Made by a program: the position numbers and the translations under genes. From positions 94,762 through 158,761 of the forward strand of contig CAZKXI010000005.1 in NCBI GenBank assembly GCA_964556755.1: DNA of 64,000 bases. Reading direction: 5' to 3'. The notes below the pieces were generated by a model. The model had not been told where the DNA came from. It worked only from the letters and a program-made list of their open reading frames with translations, and did not search any database. This DNA is from an uncultured Eubacteriales bacterium. Lineage in GTDB: Bacteria; Acidobacteriota; Aminicenantia; Aminicenantales; UBA4085. Numbering within the stretch: position 1 is the stretch's first letter; every line of letters begins with the position of its first letter. Positions 1 through 9,187 of the stretch are shown piece by piece.

Positions 1-491
1 CGGACCAGATGAACGCCATCATCGACCAGATCGACAGCCGGATCCAGAGGTACCTGGCCATCAAGACGGTCATCAGCTTCGCCTCGGGCCTGCTGACGAC
101 GGTCTTCCTGCTGATCTTCGGCGTGGATTTCGCGATCGCCTTCGGCTTCCTGACCTTCCTGCTCAACTACATCCCCAACATCGGCTCCTTCATCTCCAAG
201 CTGGCCCCCTTCCTCATCGCCGCCATCCAGTTCGGCAGCTTCTGGAAGGCGGTCTGGGTCCTGGGCATCCTGACCATCCTGGACGCCATCACTTCGATGA
301 TCCTCGAGCCGCGGCTCATGGGCCAGGGCCTGGGGCTGAGCACCCTGGGCATCCTGCTGGCCCTCTTCTTCATGGGCTGGCTGTGGGGCATCCCGGGCAT
401 GATTTTGGCCGTGCCGATCATGGCCGTGCTCAAGATCGTCTGCGGCGCCTTCCCCTCGCTGCGCTTCTTCGAAGCGCTCTTGAGCAAATAG
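1..491 (+). CDS. AI-2E family transporter (PerM/YdiK-like), C-terminal part; 5' end lies outside the window
   Basis: ORF 9..491 is the polytopic C-terminal half typical of AI-2E permeases (FLLNYIPNIGS...LGILTILD). Too short to be a full gene, so it probably continues upstream. Confidence 0.7.
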   Translation, partial: DQMNAIIDQIDSRIQRYLAIKTVISFASGLLTTVFLLIFGVDFAIAFGFLTFLLNYIPNIGSFISKLAPFLIAAIQFGSFWKAVWVLGILTILDAITSMILEPRLMGQGLGLSTLGILLALFFMGWLWGIPGMILAVPIMAVLKIVCGAFPSLRFFEALLSK

Positions 492-515
492 CCGGACGAA
501 AGCCGGGCCACGATG

Positions 516-550
516 CCCCGAACCGCGCTTCCCGGAATGGGGCGAAGAAC
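516..550. repeat. Solo terminal-inverted-repeat fragment of the MITE-like family (CCCCGAACCGCGCTTCCCGGAATGGGGCGAAGAAC)
   Basis: Matches the right TIR of the full copies at 10471-10909, 25753-26097 and 44156-44464. Lies between the convergent AI-2E and rnc 3' ends. Confidence 0.6.
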
Positions 551-555
551 TAAGA

Positions 556-1608
556 TTATTTCTCGACGATGAAGGTCTCGGGCGTCAGCGACTTGATCTT
601 GCGTCCCAGGAAGCTCTTCATGGCCGCCTCCGCCGCCCTCTGCTCGGCGGCCTTGCGCGAAGGCCCCTTGGCCCGGGCCAGGGCCGTCCGCCCGGACAGG
701 ACTTCGACGGTGAAGACCCGGTCGTGGTCGGGGCCGGTGCAGGAGACGACCTTGTAGCTGGGCGAGGCCAGGTCCTCTTTCTGGAGATATTCCTGAAGGG
801 CGGACTTGTAGTTGTCGACGGTGTAGCCGGTCGTCTGGACCTTCTGGAACGTCGACTCGACGAGGGGCAGGAAGAAGAAGCGGGCGGCCTCGAAGCCGCC
901 GTCCAGGTAGATGGCTCCGACCACCGCCTCGAAGACGTCGGCCAGGATGTTCGACTTGTGGCGCCCGCCGCTGCGCTCCTCGCCCCGGCCCAGCCGGATG
1001 TGCTTGTCCAGGTGGATCTGCTTGGCGAACTCGGACAGGGCCACGGTCGAGGAAGCGGAGGACTTGAGCTTGGACAGCTCGCCTTCCGTCGTGTCGCGGT
1101 ACGTGGTGTAGAAATAGTCGGCGGTGATCAGGCCGATGACGGAATCGCCCAGGAACTCGAGCAGCTCGTTGTCCCGGCCCCGGCCCTGGTTCTCGTAGGC
1201 GAAGGAGCTGTGGGTCAGGGCCTGCTCGCGGAGGTCCTTGTTGCGGAAGATGTAGCGGATCTGCTCTTCGAAGGGGGTGATCCGGCCGGCTTGCGGGGCG
1301 CGGGAGGGCTTGGGGCCCTGGGGCTTGGGCTGGGTCGCCGGCCCGGACGGCGGCTGGGATCCGCCCCGGCCTTGGGCCGGCTTGCCCTGCTTGGATTGCC
1401 TCGCTTGGGCTCCGCGCCGGCCCCGCGGCTGTTGATGGCGGCGTCCGGGCTGGCCCTCTCGCGGGGAGCTCCCGGCGGGAGCGCCGGCCGGCGGATTCTC
1501 CGGAAAAGGACGCGGATCCGGCAGGGCGGGCGGGGCCGGCGGCGGCTCCGGGGAAGTCGGCGACGGGGCGGAGGCGGGTTTGGTTCGGGGCTTGCGGAAG
1601 ATGCTCAT
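556..1608 (-). CDS. rnc: Ribonuclease III with ~120-aa Pro/Gln/Arg-rich N-terminal extension
   Basis: C-terminal 230 aa carry the RNase III signature (ERLEFLGDSV) and a dsRBD. ATG at 1608 overlaps the pyrC stop (ATGA), supporting this start over the longer track ORF. Confidence 0.85.
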   Translation of the reverse strand: MSIFRKPRTKPASAPSPTSPEPPPAPPALPDPRPFPENPPAGAPAGSSPREGQPGRRHQQPRGRRGAQARQSKQGKPAQGRGGSQPPSGPATQPKPQGPKPSRAPQAGRITPFEEQIRYIFRNKDLREQALTHSSFAYENQGRGRDNELLEFLGDSVIGLITADYFYTTYRDTTEGELSKLKSSASSTVALSEFAKQIHLDKHIRLGRGEERSGGRHKSNILADVFEAVVGAIYLDGGFEAARFFFLPLVESTFQKVQTTGYTVDNYKSALQEYLQKEDLASPSYKVVSCTGPDHDRVFTVEVLSGRTALARAKGPSRKAAEQRAAEAAMKSFLGRKIKSLTPETFIVEK

Positions 1609-2891
1609 GGCTGTTCCTCGGGAAAGACGATTCGGCCGCCCACGATCGTCCGCACGGCCCGGCCTCGCAGAGACCAGCCGTCGTAAGGGGTGGATCGGCC
1701 TTGCGATCGGAACGAGCCGGAGTCGATGACGATCGGGCGATCCAGGTCGAGGATCGTCAGGTCGGCGTCGGCGCCGGCGGACAGGCGGCCCTTGCCCTTC
1801 AGGCCGAAGATCGAGGCCGGGCGGGCGGAGAAGAGGGCGACGAAGCGGGCCAGGCCGAGGCGGCCGGGCCGGACAAGGCGGTCGAGGAGGACGGGCACGG
1901 CCGTCTCCAGACCGACGATGCCGAAGGGCGCGGCGGCCAGACCGGCCGCCTTCTCGGCCGCGGCGTGGGGGGCATGGTCCGTGGCCAGGGCGTCGATCGT
2001 GCCGTCGGCCAGGGCCTCGATCAGGGCCTCGACGTCCTCCTCCGCCCGCAGCGGCGGATTCATCTTGAAGCGGGGGTCTCCGCCTTCCACGTCGGCGTCG
2101 GTCAGGGTCAAATGATGGGGCGTCGCTTCCGCGGTGATGGGGACGCCGCGCCGCTTGGCCTCGCGGACGATCCGGGCCGAGCCGGCCGTGCTGAGGTGGG
2201 CGATGTGGACGGGCGCGCCCGTGGCTTCGGCCAGGATGGCGTCTCGGGCGACCATGATCTCCTCGGCGGCCGAGGGGATTCCGGGCCATCCCAGGCGGGC
2301 CGCCCGGGGCCCCTCGTGGACGATGCCCCCGGCGGCCAGGGACGCGTCCTCGCAGTGGTCGCTGATCACCCGGCCGGCCGCCCGGGCCGCCCGCATGGCC
2401 TGCCGCATCAGGGCCGCGCTCTGGATGCAGCGGCCGTCGTCGGAGAAGGCGACCGCGCCCGCCTCGGCCAGGGCGGCCAGGTCGGCCAGCTCGCCGCCGC
2501 GCTGGCCGACGGTCAGGGCGGCCACCGGAAAGACGTTGACCGCGGCCTCGGCCGCCGCTCTCTCCAGGATCATCCGGGTGATCTCCGGCCGGTCGTTGAC
2601 CGGGCTGGTGTTGGGCATGGCGCAGACCGAGGTGAAGCCCCCGGCGGCGGCGGCCCTGGTCCCGGCGGCGATGGTCTCCTTGTGCTCCTGGCCGGGCTGG
2701 CGCAGGTGGACGTGGAGATCGATGAATCCCGGCGCCACCACCAGCCCCGCGGCTTCGATGACCCGCGCCTCTCCCGCCTCGATCCGGGGGGCGACCGCGG
2801 CGATGCGGCGGCCCTCGATCAGGACGTCGCCGGCCTGGTCGAGGCCGGAGGCGGGATCGATGATCCGGCCGCCGCGGATGAGGAGCCTCAA
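1605..2891 (-). CDS. pyrC: Dihydroorotase
   Basis: Amidohydrolase metal-ligand motifs (DLHVHLR...; DHAPH) with full-length similarity to the PyrC family. TTG start overlaps the pyrR stop. Confidence 0.88.
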   Translation of the reverse strand: MRLLIRGGRIIDPASGLDQAGDVLIEGRRIAAVAPRIEAGEARVIEAAGLVVAPGFIDLHVHLRQPGQEHKETIAAGTRAAAAGGFTSVCAMPNTSPVNDRPEITRMILERAAAEAAVNVFPVAALTVGQRGGELADLAALAEAGAVAFSDDGRCIQSAALMRQAMRAARAAGRVISDHCEDASLAAGGIVHEGPRAARLGWPGIPSAAEEIMVARDAILAEATGAPVHIAHLSTAGSARIVREAKRRGVPITAEATPHHLTLTDADVEGGDPRFKMNPPLRAEEDVEALIEALADGTIDALATDHAPHAAAEKAAGLAAAPFGIVGLETAVPVLLDRLVRPGRLGLARFVALFSARPASIFGLKGKGRLSAGADADLTILDLDRPIVIDSGSFRSQGRSTPYDGWSLRGRAVRTIVGGRIVFPEEQP

Positions 2892-3481
2892 GACCGCGGC
2901 ATCCTTGTTCCCGTCCGGGACGCCTTGCGGCCGAGCCCGGCCGGCTCGGCGATCAGGACCTCATCGACCTTGTCCGCCTCGCGCAGGCGCACCTGGACGA
3001 CTTCGCGGCGGGACGTGGGCAAGACCTTGCCGACATAGTCGGCCCGGATGGGCAGCTCCCGGTGGCCGCGGTCGATGAGGACCAGCAGCTGGACGGTGGC
3101 GGCGCGGCCGAAGTCGAAGAGCGAATCCATGGCCGCCCGGATGGTCCGGCCGGTGAACAGGACGTCATCCACCAGGATGACGTCCTTCTTGGCGATGGGG
3201 AAGGGCAGGGGAGCGGCCCCGGCCGGCGCTCCGGCCCGGCTCGCGGCCCGGTCGTCGCGGTAGAGAGAGATGTCCAAGGCCGCCACCGGGATGTCGACGC
3301 CCTCCATGTCCCGGATCAGGCCGGCGATGCGGCGGGCCAGGGGCAGGCCCCGGGTGGGGATGCCGACGATGACCAGGCTGCGCAGGTCGCGGTTGCGCTC
3401 CAGAATCTCGGTGGCCAGCCTCAGCAGGACCCGCCGGATCTTGGCCGAGTCCATGATGGCGGCTTTGATCTTCTCTTTCAC
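2888..3481 (-). CDS. pyrR: Bifunctional pyrimidine operon regulator / uracil phosphoribosyltransferase PyrR
   Basis: PRTase fold with the PRPP-binding motif VILVDDVLFTGRT, ~180 aa. GTG start preceded by GGAGG. Confidence 0.85.
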   Translation of the reverse strand: MKEKIKAAIMDSAKIRRVLLRLATEILERNRDLRSLVIVGIPTRGLPLARRIAGLIRDMEGVDIPVAALDISLYRDDRAASRAGAPAGAAPLPFPIAKKDVILVDDVLFTGRTIRAAMDSLFDFGRAATVQLLVLIDRGHRELPIRADYVGKVLPTSRREVVQVRLREADKVDEVLIAEPAGLGRKASRTGTRMPRS

Positions 3482-3524
3482 GTCGGCCTCCAGGCTCTCT
3501 TATACCATCGAAGGGGGGGCGGCC

Positions 3525-4463
3525 TCAAATGCCGTGGCCCAGCTCGCGGCGCCGGAAGTAGGCCCGGGCCGCCGCGGCGTCGCGGCCGATCTGGGCCCGG
3601 AGCGCGGCGGCGTCGTCGAAGCGGGCCTCGTCGCGCAGCTTGCTCAGGAAGGCCAGCCGGGCGCCGGCTCCGTAGAGGTCGCCGCAGTAGTCCAGGACGT
3701 GGGTCTCGACGGTCCATTCGTGGCTGTGGAAGGTCGGACGGACTCCGACGCTGGTCACCGACGGCAGGACCCTCTCCTCGACCGCCAGCAGGGTCACGTA
3801 GACGCCCCGCGGGACGAGCTCGTTGGGGGTGATCAGGTTGGCCGTGGGGAAGCCGATGCGCCGCCCGCGGCTGGCCCCGGCCACGACGTCGCCCTCCACG
3901 GCGTAGGGCCGGCCGAGCAGGGCGTTGGCGGTCTCGATGCGCCCGCTGAGGAGAAGGTCGCGGATGCGGCTGGAGCGGACGATGCGGCCGGCCCGCTTGA
4001 CGTGGGGGATCGTCCGCACGGCCAGCCCGCCCCGCCGTCCCCAGCGGCGCAGCTCCTCGACTCCCGCGCCCCGCTCGGCCCCGAAGCGGAAGTCGGCGCC
4101 CACGACGACGACCCGGGCGGCGAGGCCGGCCAGGAGGACGTCGCGGACGAAGGCCTCGCCGGGCAAGCGGGCGAATTCCAGGCTGAAGGGCAGGACGACG
4201 ACCGCGTCCAGGCCCATCTCCGAGAGGCCTTCCAAACGCTGCTCGACCGTCTGGAGCATGCACAGCCGGTGGGGGCCGAAGACCTTCTCGGGGTGGGGCG
4301 CGAACGTCACCGCCGCGGCCGGCAGACCGCGCCGGGCGGCCTCGGCTTTGAGCCGGGCGAGGATGCGGCGGTGCCCCAGGTGGAGGCCGTCGAAGTTGCC
4401 GATGGCCACGGCCAGGGGGGGCTTGGAGAGAGGGAGGCCGGCTAGGGAGCGGAAGATCTGCAT
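3525..4463 (-). CDS. ribF: Bifunctional riboflavin kinase / FMN adenylyltransferase
   Basis: N-terminal FAD synthetase motifs (GNFDGLHLGH) and a C-terminal riboflavin kinase domain. Confidence 0.88.
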   Translation of the reverse strand: MQIFRSLAGLPLSKPPLAVAIGNFDGLHLGHRRILARLKAEAARRGLPAAAVTFAPHPEKVFGPHRLCMLQTVEQRLEGLSEMGLDAVVVLPFSLEFARLPGEAFVRDVLLAGLAARVVVVGADFRFGAERGAGVEELRRWGRRGGLAVRTIPHVKRAGRIVRSSRIRDLLLSGRIETANALLGRPYAVEGDVVAGASRGRRIGFPTANLITPNELVPRGVYVTLLAVEERVLPSVTSVGVRPTFHSHEWTVETHVLDYCGDLYGAGARLAFLSKLRDEARFDDAAALRAQIGRDAAAARAYFRRRELGHGI

Positions 4464-4475
4464 GGCGGCCGCCGG

Positions 4476-4805
4476 TCAGACCTTGAGGATCTCCGCCTTC
4501 TGCATATAGCGCATCTTCAGCTCGCTCAGGCCGGCGTCGAGGAAGTCGTACTCCGGCGGCTTGAGGCGGCCTTGGGTCCGGTCCTTGAGCAGGTCCAGCA
4601 GGTCGATCAGCCGCTTGGCGAACTCGAGGCTCTCGGCCGGCCCGCCCTTGATCGGATCCTCCAGGACGCCCAGCTTGACCAGGGCCTGGCTGTAGAACGG
4701 GAAGACCAGCGAGCTGAAGTCCAAGGGGGGAAGAAACTCCTGCGGCTCTCCGCCGGCGGGCTTGCCCTCCCCGCCGGCCGCCTTCTCGTCGCGATCCTCG
4801 TCCAT
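4476..4805 (-). CDS. DUF1844 domain protein
   Basis: The 109-aa C-terminal part of the track ORF (MDEDRDEK...) carries the conserved DUF1844 pattern (FSSLV.PFY..AL..LG....P..G....LE.AK..IDLLD.L..KT.G.L). ATG at 4805; the upstream extension of the ORF is low-complexity. Confidence 0.65.
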   Translation of the reverse strand: MDEDRDEKAAGGEGKPAGGEPQEFLPPLDFSSLVFPFYSQALVKLGVLEDPIKGGPAESLEFAKRLIDLLDLLKDRTQGRLKPPEYDFLDAGLSELKMRYMQKAEILKV

Positions 4806-4904
4806 GGCGGCGGTCTCCTTTTCCTCAGGCCAGGGACAGGATACACGAAGCGGATCGGCGCGTCCAGACTTGGCCGGGCCGATGAGCCGTGCTATAAGGG
4901 GGCC

Positions 4905-5720
4905 ATGGACGCCAACGACCGCGAGACCGCGGGAGCGAAATTCCAGCGCCTGGTCGACATCCTCGGCGCGCTGCGGGGCCCCGGCGGGTGCCCCTGGGAC
5001 CGGGAGCAGGACGCCCGCTCCATCGCCGGCTATTTCCTGGAGGAGGTCTACGAGGCGGTCGACGCCCTGTCGCGCGGCGACGACAAGGCGCTGGCCGAGG
5101 AGCTGGGCGATGTCCTGATGGAGGTCGTCTTCCTGGCCCGCATCTTCGAGGAGAGGGGGGCCTTCGACGCGGCCGCGGCCCTGGACGGCATCAACGCCAA
5201 GATGATCCGCCGCCATCCCCACGTCTTCGGCGGGGAGAGGATCGAGAGCGCGGCCCGGGTCCTGGACGAGTGGGCCCGGAGGAAGAAGGAGGAGAAGAGG
5301 CGCACGTCGCCTTTCGAGGGGCTGCCGGAGTCGGCCCCGGCGCTCTTGGGCGCCTTCCTCATGGGCCAGCGGGCCGCCCAGGACGCCTTCGATTGGCCGG
5401 CGGCGGCCGCCGCCCTGGCCAAGGTCCGCGAGGAGCTGACCGAGATCGAAGCCGCCCTGGCCGGCGGCGATCCGTCCCGGATCGAAGAGGAGATCGGCGA
5501 CGCTCTCTTCGCCCTGGCCCAGGCGGCCCGGCTGGCCCGGACCCATCCGGAGATCGCCCTGCGCCGGGCCAACGCCAAGTTCGCCGTCCGCTACGAGGCG
5601 CTGAAGGCGGACTTCGCGTCCCGCGGCTTGGAGCTGAAGGACGCCTCCCCGGCCGAGATGGACGCGGCTTGGGAGAGGATCAAGCGCCGGGATTGCGGCG
5701 GAGGAACAGGGCCGACTTGA
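4905..5720 (+). CDS. mazG: Nucleoside triphosphate pyrophosphohydrolase MazG
   Basis: Two tandem MazG/EEEVxE-type motifs (EEVYEAVDAL; EEIGDALFAL). ATG at 4905. Its 3' end overlaps prfB convergently by ~41 nt. Confidence 0.85.
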   Translation: MDANDRETAGAKFQRLVDILGALRGPGGCPWDREQDARSIAGYFLEEVYEAVDALSRGDDKALAEELGDVLMEVVFLARIFEERGAFDAAAALDGINAKMIRRHPHVFGGERIESAARVLDEWARRKKEEKRRTSPFEGLPESAPALLGAFLMGQRAAQDAFDWPAAAAALAKVREELTEIEAALAGGDPSRIEEEIGDALFALAQAARLARTHPEIALRRANAKFAVRYEALKADFASRGLELKDASPAEMDAAWERIKRRDCGGGTGPT

Positions 5721-6810
5721 CGAACTCGTCCAGGCCGCCGTCCAGGACGCGCTCCGTATCCCCGGTCTCGAGACGGGTCCGCAGATCCTTGATCATGCGG
5801 TAGGGGTGGAGGACGTAGGACCGGATCTGGTTGCCCCAGGCGATCTCGGTCTTGGCGTCCTCGAGCTTGTCGATCTTCTCCCGCTTCTTGCGCTGCTCCA
5901 GCTCGTAGAGGCGGGCCTTGAGGACCTTCATGGCCGCGGCCTTGTTCTTGTGCTGGGAGCGCTCGTTCTGGCATTGGACGACGATGCCGGTCGGCAGGTG
6001 GGTGATGCGGACGGCCGAGTCCGTGGTGTTGACGTGCTGGCCGCCCTTGCCGCCGGACCGGTAGGTGTCGATCTTGAGGTCCTCGGGGTTGACGGCCACC
6101 TCGACGTCGTCGTCGATCTCGGGGTAGACGAAGACCGCGGCGAAGGACGTGTGGCGCCGCTTGGCCGCGTCGTAGGGGGAGATGCGGACCAGCCGGTGGA
6201 CGCCGTTCTCCTGGCTCAGGCGGCCGAAGGCATAGTCGCCCTCGATGCGGATCGTGGCGCTCTTGATGCCCGCCTCCTCGCCCGGCGTCACGTCCAGCGA
6301 CTCGGTCTTCCAGCCCATCAGCTCGGCGTAGCGCAGGTACATCCGCAGCAGCATCGAGGCCCAGTCCTGCGACTCCGTGCCGCCGGCGCCCGGGTGGATG
6401 GTCAGGATGGCGTTGCGGGGATCGTCCACTTCCGTGAACAGGGCCTGCAGCTCGGCCTCGTCCAGGCTCTTGGCGAAGTCGCCCAGGGCCAGCTCGACGT
6501 CCTTGGCCACCGGCTCGCCCTCGCGGGCCAGCTCCAGGAGGGTGTCGAGGTCGTCCTTCTTGCCGTAGAGGCGATCCAGGAAGGCGATCTCGCGCTCCAG
6601 CCGCTTCTTGCCTTGCTGCAGGGTCATGGACCGCTTCTGGTCCTGCCAGACCGCCGGGTCCGAGAGCTCCTTGGTCAAGGCGTCCATCTCGGCCCGCCGG
6701 GCCGTCAGGTCGAGAAAGCCGCGCAGCTCCTCGAACTTGGCGAACAGGCCGCGGGCCTTGGCTTCCAGGTCGGTGAATTGTCCGGTCGTCGTCTCGTTTT
6801 GGGGGCTCAT
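5680..6810 (-). CDS. prfB: Peptide chain release factor 2, single continuous ORF with no programmed frameshift
   Basis: GGQ and SPF motifs present. The start MSPQNETT reads through LRGFLDL without the CUU-UGA-C shifty site. ATG at 6810 overlaps the lnt stop. Confidence 0.88.
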   Translation of the reverse strand: MSPQNETTTGQFTDLEAKARGLFAKFEELRGFLDLTARRAEMDALTKELSDPAVWQDQKRSMTLQQGKKRLEREIAFLDRLYGKKDDLDTLLELAREGEPVAKDVELALGDFAKSLDEAELQALFTEVDDPRNAILTIHPGAGGTESQDWASMLLRMYLRYAELMGWKTESLDVTPGEEAGIKSATIRIEGDYAFGRLSQENGVHRLVRISPYDAAKRRHTSFAAVFVYPEIDDDVEVAVNPEDLKIDTYRSGGKGGQHVNTTDSAVRITHLPTGIVVQCQNERSQHKNKAAAMKVLKARLYELEQRKKREKIDKLEDAKTEIAWGNQIRSYVLHPYRMIKDLRTRLETGDTERVLDGGLDEFVKSALFLRRNPGA

Positions 6811-8348
6811 GGGCGTCTCTTCATCAGGGCCAGGATGAGGAAGGCGGCGGCCAGGGCGGCCGACGCCGCCGCGAACAGGTCGCCGAAGCGGGCGTAGAAG
6901 GTCAGGGCGCCGGAAGGCGTCACGTCGCCGGCGATAAGGGTGGCCTCCTCCAGCCGGCTCTGCCGGACGATCCGGCCGTAGGGGTCGATGAGGCCGCTGA
7001 TCCCGGTCGTGGCGGCCCTCAGGACGAAGCGGCGGTTCTCCACCGCCCGCAGGACGGCCTGGGCGAAGTGCTGATGGGGAGCGGCGGACGTCCCGTACCA
7101 GCCATCGTTGGTGATCGTGACCAGGAAGCGGGCGCCCCTCTTGACGAAGCGGCGGACCTCGTCCGGGAAGATGATCTCGTAGCAGATGGGCGAGGCATAG
7201 GGGATGTTCTGGAAGGAATGAAGGGTGCGCCCGCGGCCCGGGACGAGGCTCCCGACGGCCGGGACCATCCTCTCGACGAAGCCCAGCACGGACCGGTAGG
7301 GGATGTACTCGCCGAAGGGGACCAAGTGCATCTTGGCGTAGCGCGAGACGGCTCCGTCGGGGGAGATCTGGAGGGCCGTGTTGCGGTAGCCCGGCCGGGT
7401 CCCGTCCGGGGAGGTCTCGATGGTTCCCAGGAGCAAGCTGGCGCCCGACTCCCAGGCCAATCCGGCCAGGGCGTTCTCGAACCGCCGGCTGGCTTCGTCC
7501 CCGCAGCTGAAGCACATCGGGACGCTCAGCTCCGGCCAGGCGATCAGCCGGGCGCCTTGGCCGAGGGCCTGGCGGGTCAGGCTCACATGCCGGTCGAAGA
7601 CGGCTTGGGCCTTGTCCGCGCCGGCCCGGCTCCAGTCGATGTCCGGATCGACGTTGCCCTGGATCGCGGCCGCCTTGAAGGTCTCCGGACCGGGGACGAC
7701 CTTGTGCAGGGCCAGGAAGCCCGAGATGTGGATGGCGGCCAGGGCGATCGTGCCGATGGCGAAGGGCAGCCTCTTCATGTGGGTGACCGAGCCGGCAAAC
7801 AGCGACTGGAAGAGGACCAGAAGGAAGGAGATGCCGTAGACGCCGGTCACGGCCGCCACTTGGATGAAGGCGGTGTTCTTGAACTGGCTCAGGCCGAGAA
7901 GGCCCCAGGGGAAGCCGGTCAGGGCGTGGGTCAGGCCATATTCCAAGGCCACCCAGAGGAAGGGCGCGACGTAAAAAGCCGCCTCGCCCATCTTGCGCCG
8001 CAGGATGGCAAAGCCGAGTCCGAAGAGGGCCCAGCTGAGCCCCAGGACGAGGATGAACAGCAGGTAGATGAGGAGGCTCCCGACGAGCGGCAAGCCTCCG
8101 TAGTGGCGGGGCACATTGGGGATCCAGGCCAGCAGGATGCCGTAGAAGACGAGGCCGGCCGTCCAGCCCAGAAGGAAGCCCTGCCGCGGCCTGGCCCGGA
8201 CCAGCAGGAAGAGCAGCGGCAGGAGGGAGATCCAGGCGAAGAACATCAGATTCAGCTTGGGGAAGGCGATGGCCGTCAAGGCGCCGGAGAAGGCCGCCCC
8301 GAGCAGGTCGAGCCCCGTCAGCCGTCTGGAAGTGGCATCATGCGACAT
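6807..8348 (-). CDS. lnt: Apolipoprotein N-acyltransferase
   Basis: N-terminal multi-TM region plus a C-terminal CN-hydrolase domain containing the PICYE motif. Confidence 0.85.
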   Translation of the reverse strand: MSHDATSRRLTGLDLLGAAFSGALTAIAFPKLNLMFFAWISLLPLLFLLVRARPRQGFLLGWTAGLVFYGILLAWIPNVPRHYGGLPLVGSLLIYLLFILVLGLSWALFGLGFAILRRKMGEAAFYVAPFLWVALEYGLTHALTGFPWGLLGLSQFKNTAFIQVAAVTGVYGISFLLVLFQSLFAGSVTHMKRLPFAIGTIALAAIHISGFLALHKVVPGPETFKAAAIQGNVDPDIDWSRAGADKAQAVFDRHVSLTRQALGQGARLIAWPELSVPMCFSCGDEASRRFENALAGLAWESGASLLLGTIETSPDGTRPGYRNTALQISPDGAVSRYAKMHLVPFGEYIPYRSVLGFVERMVPAVGSLVPGRGRTLHSFQNIPYASPICYEIIFPDEVRRFVKRGARFLVTITNDGWYGTSAAPHQHFAQAVLRAVENRRFVLRAATTGISGLIDPYGRIVRQSRLEEATLIAGDVTPSGALTFYARFGDLFAAASAALAAAFLILALMKRRP

Positions 8349-8381
8349 GGGAGATTCCTCTCGGGAGCGGGGGATGGGCGG

Positions 8382-9050
8382 TCAGCCCTTGACCAGGAAG
8401 TAATCGACGGTCTTCTTCTTGGCCGCCGCGGCCAGCCTGGCCTTGGCTTCCTCGGCCAGGGCCTTGCTCTCGTAGGGGCCGACGCGGACCCGATAGACGG
8501 CCTTCTTGTCCCTGGTCAGGGGATCCATGACCAGGACCGGGTACCCGTCCTTCTCCAGTCTGCCGGCCAGCGTCTCGGCATCCGGCTTCTTGTCGCTGGC
8601 CGCGACCTGGACGTACCACCCGGCGGCCGACGCGGACGGCTTGGCCTTGGTCTCCGGCTTGTCCGCCGGGGCTTTGACGGCCGGCTTATCAGAGGGCTTG
8701 GCGGCGGGCTTGTCGGCCGGTCTTTCCGTCGGCTTGGCCACGGTGGGCGCCGCGGCTTGGCTCTCGCGCTGAGCGGCGGGCTTTTCCGTCGGCTTCGCCT
8801 TGGCCGGGACCGGCTCGGCCGGCCGAGCTCCCGCCGCGTCGAGGGCCCCGGTGTCCGCCCCCGCCCGGGCGGATCCGGCCGGCGTCTCGATCCGGACCGC
8901 CTTCTCGCCGGCCTTGGCCGCCAAGGCCGTCTTCTTGCTGCCCATGGAGATGCCCAGCAGGAAGACGAAGACGCACAGGCCGATCAGGCCCAGAAAGACG
9001 ACCACGAGCTGGTGCGTGGCGACCTGGAGCTCACGCTCGCCTTTGGCCAT
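8382..9050 (-). CDS. SPOR domain cell-division protein (DedD/FtsN-like)
   Basis: N-terminal TM helix, a Pro/Ala/Lys-rich linker, and a C-terminal SPOR domain (WYVQVAA...RVRVGPY). Confidence 0.75.
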   Translation of the reverse strand: MAKGERELQVATHQLVVVFLGLIGLCVFVFLLGISMGSKKTALAAKAGEKAVRIETPAGSARAGADTGALDAAGARPAEPVPAKAKPTEKPAAQRESQAAAPTVAKPTERPADKPAAKPSDKPAVKAPADKPETKAKPSASAAGWYVQVAASDKKPDAETLAGRLEKDGYPVLVMDPLTRDKKAVYRVRVGPYESKALAEEAKARLAAAAKKKTVDYFLVKG

Positions 9051-9133
9051 GTCCTCGCTCTCGTCGGGAATTCTTCATACTGATTCCATTATAGAAAGGG
9101 CTCTCGGGGAAGTCAACCGAAGACCGGGCCGGC

Positions 9134-9162
9134 TTGACTTTTGGGGGGCGAAAAACTAAAGT
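9134..9162 (+). promoter_or_regulatory. Sigma-70-like promoter TTGACT-17-TAAAGT upstream of the HU gene
   Basis: -35 at 9134-9139 and -10 at 9157-9162 with a 17-nt spacer, inside a 137-bp divergent intergenic region. Confidence 0.45.
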
Positions 9163-9187
9163 AAGCCTTTCCTCGCAGGAGACTTTC

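Noticed and set aside
724-1686. Many long antisense or alternate-frame ORFs in the track (e.g. 724..1686, 1701..3038, 3270..4445, 7068..9083, 19988..22972, 20118..22508, 34125..36524, 37507..39339, 55929..57398, 57305..59074)
   Set aside because: Their translations are Gly/Arg/Pro/Ala-rich low-complexity strings typical of stop-codon-poor off-frames in high-GC DNA. Each overlaps a gene with clear family-level similarity on the other strand or frame.
3482-3560. PyrR-binding attenuator hairpin (ARUCCNGNGAGGCU loop) upstream of pyrR
   Set aside because: Only 43 nt separate ribF from pyrR, and the nearest resemblance (AGAGCCUGGAGGCC) does not satisfy the consensus. There is no terminator/antiterminator pair, so PyrR here may act mainly as a UPRTase or regulate elsewhere.
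5680-7515. Upstream extensions of track ORFs (611-aa prfB; 804-aa ORF containing proS; 686-aa ORF containing xth; 556-aa ORF containing the 43302 gene; 577-aa rnc ORF)
   Set aside because: These are N-terminal read-throughs of open frames. Start sites were re-assigned using ATGA/GTGA overlaps, RBS position, and family-conserved N-termini.
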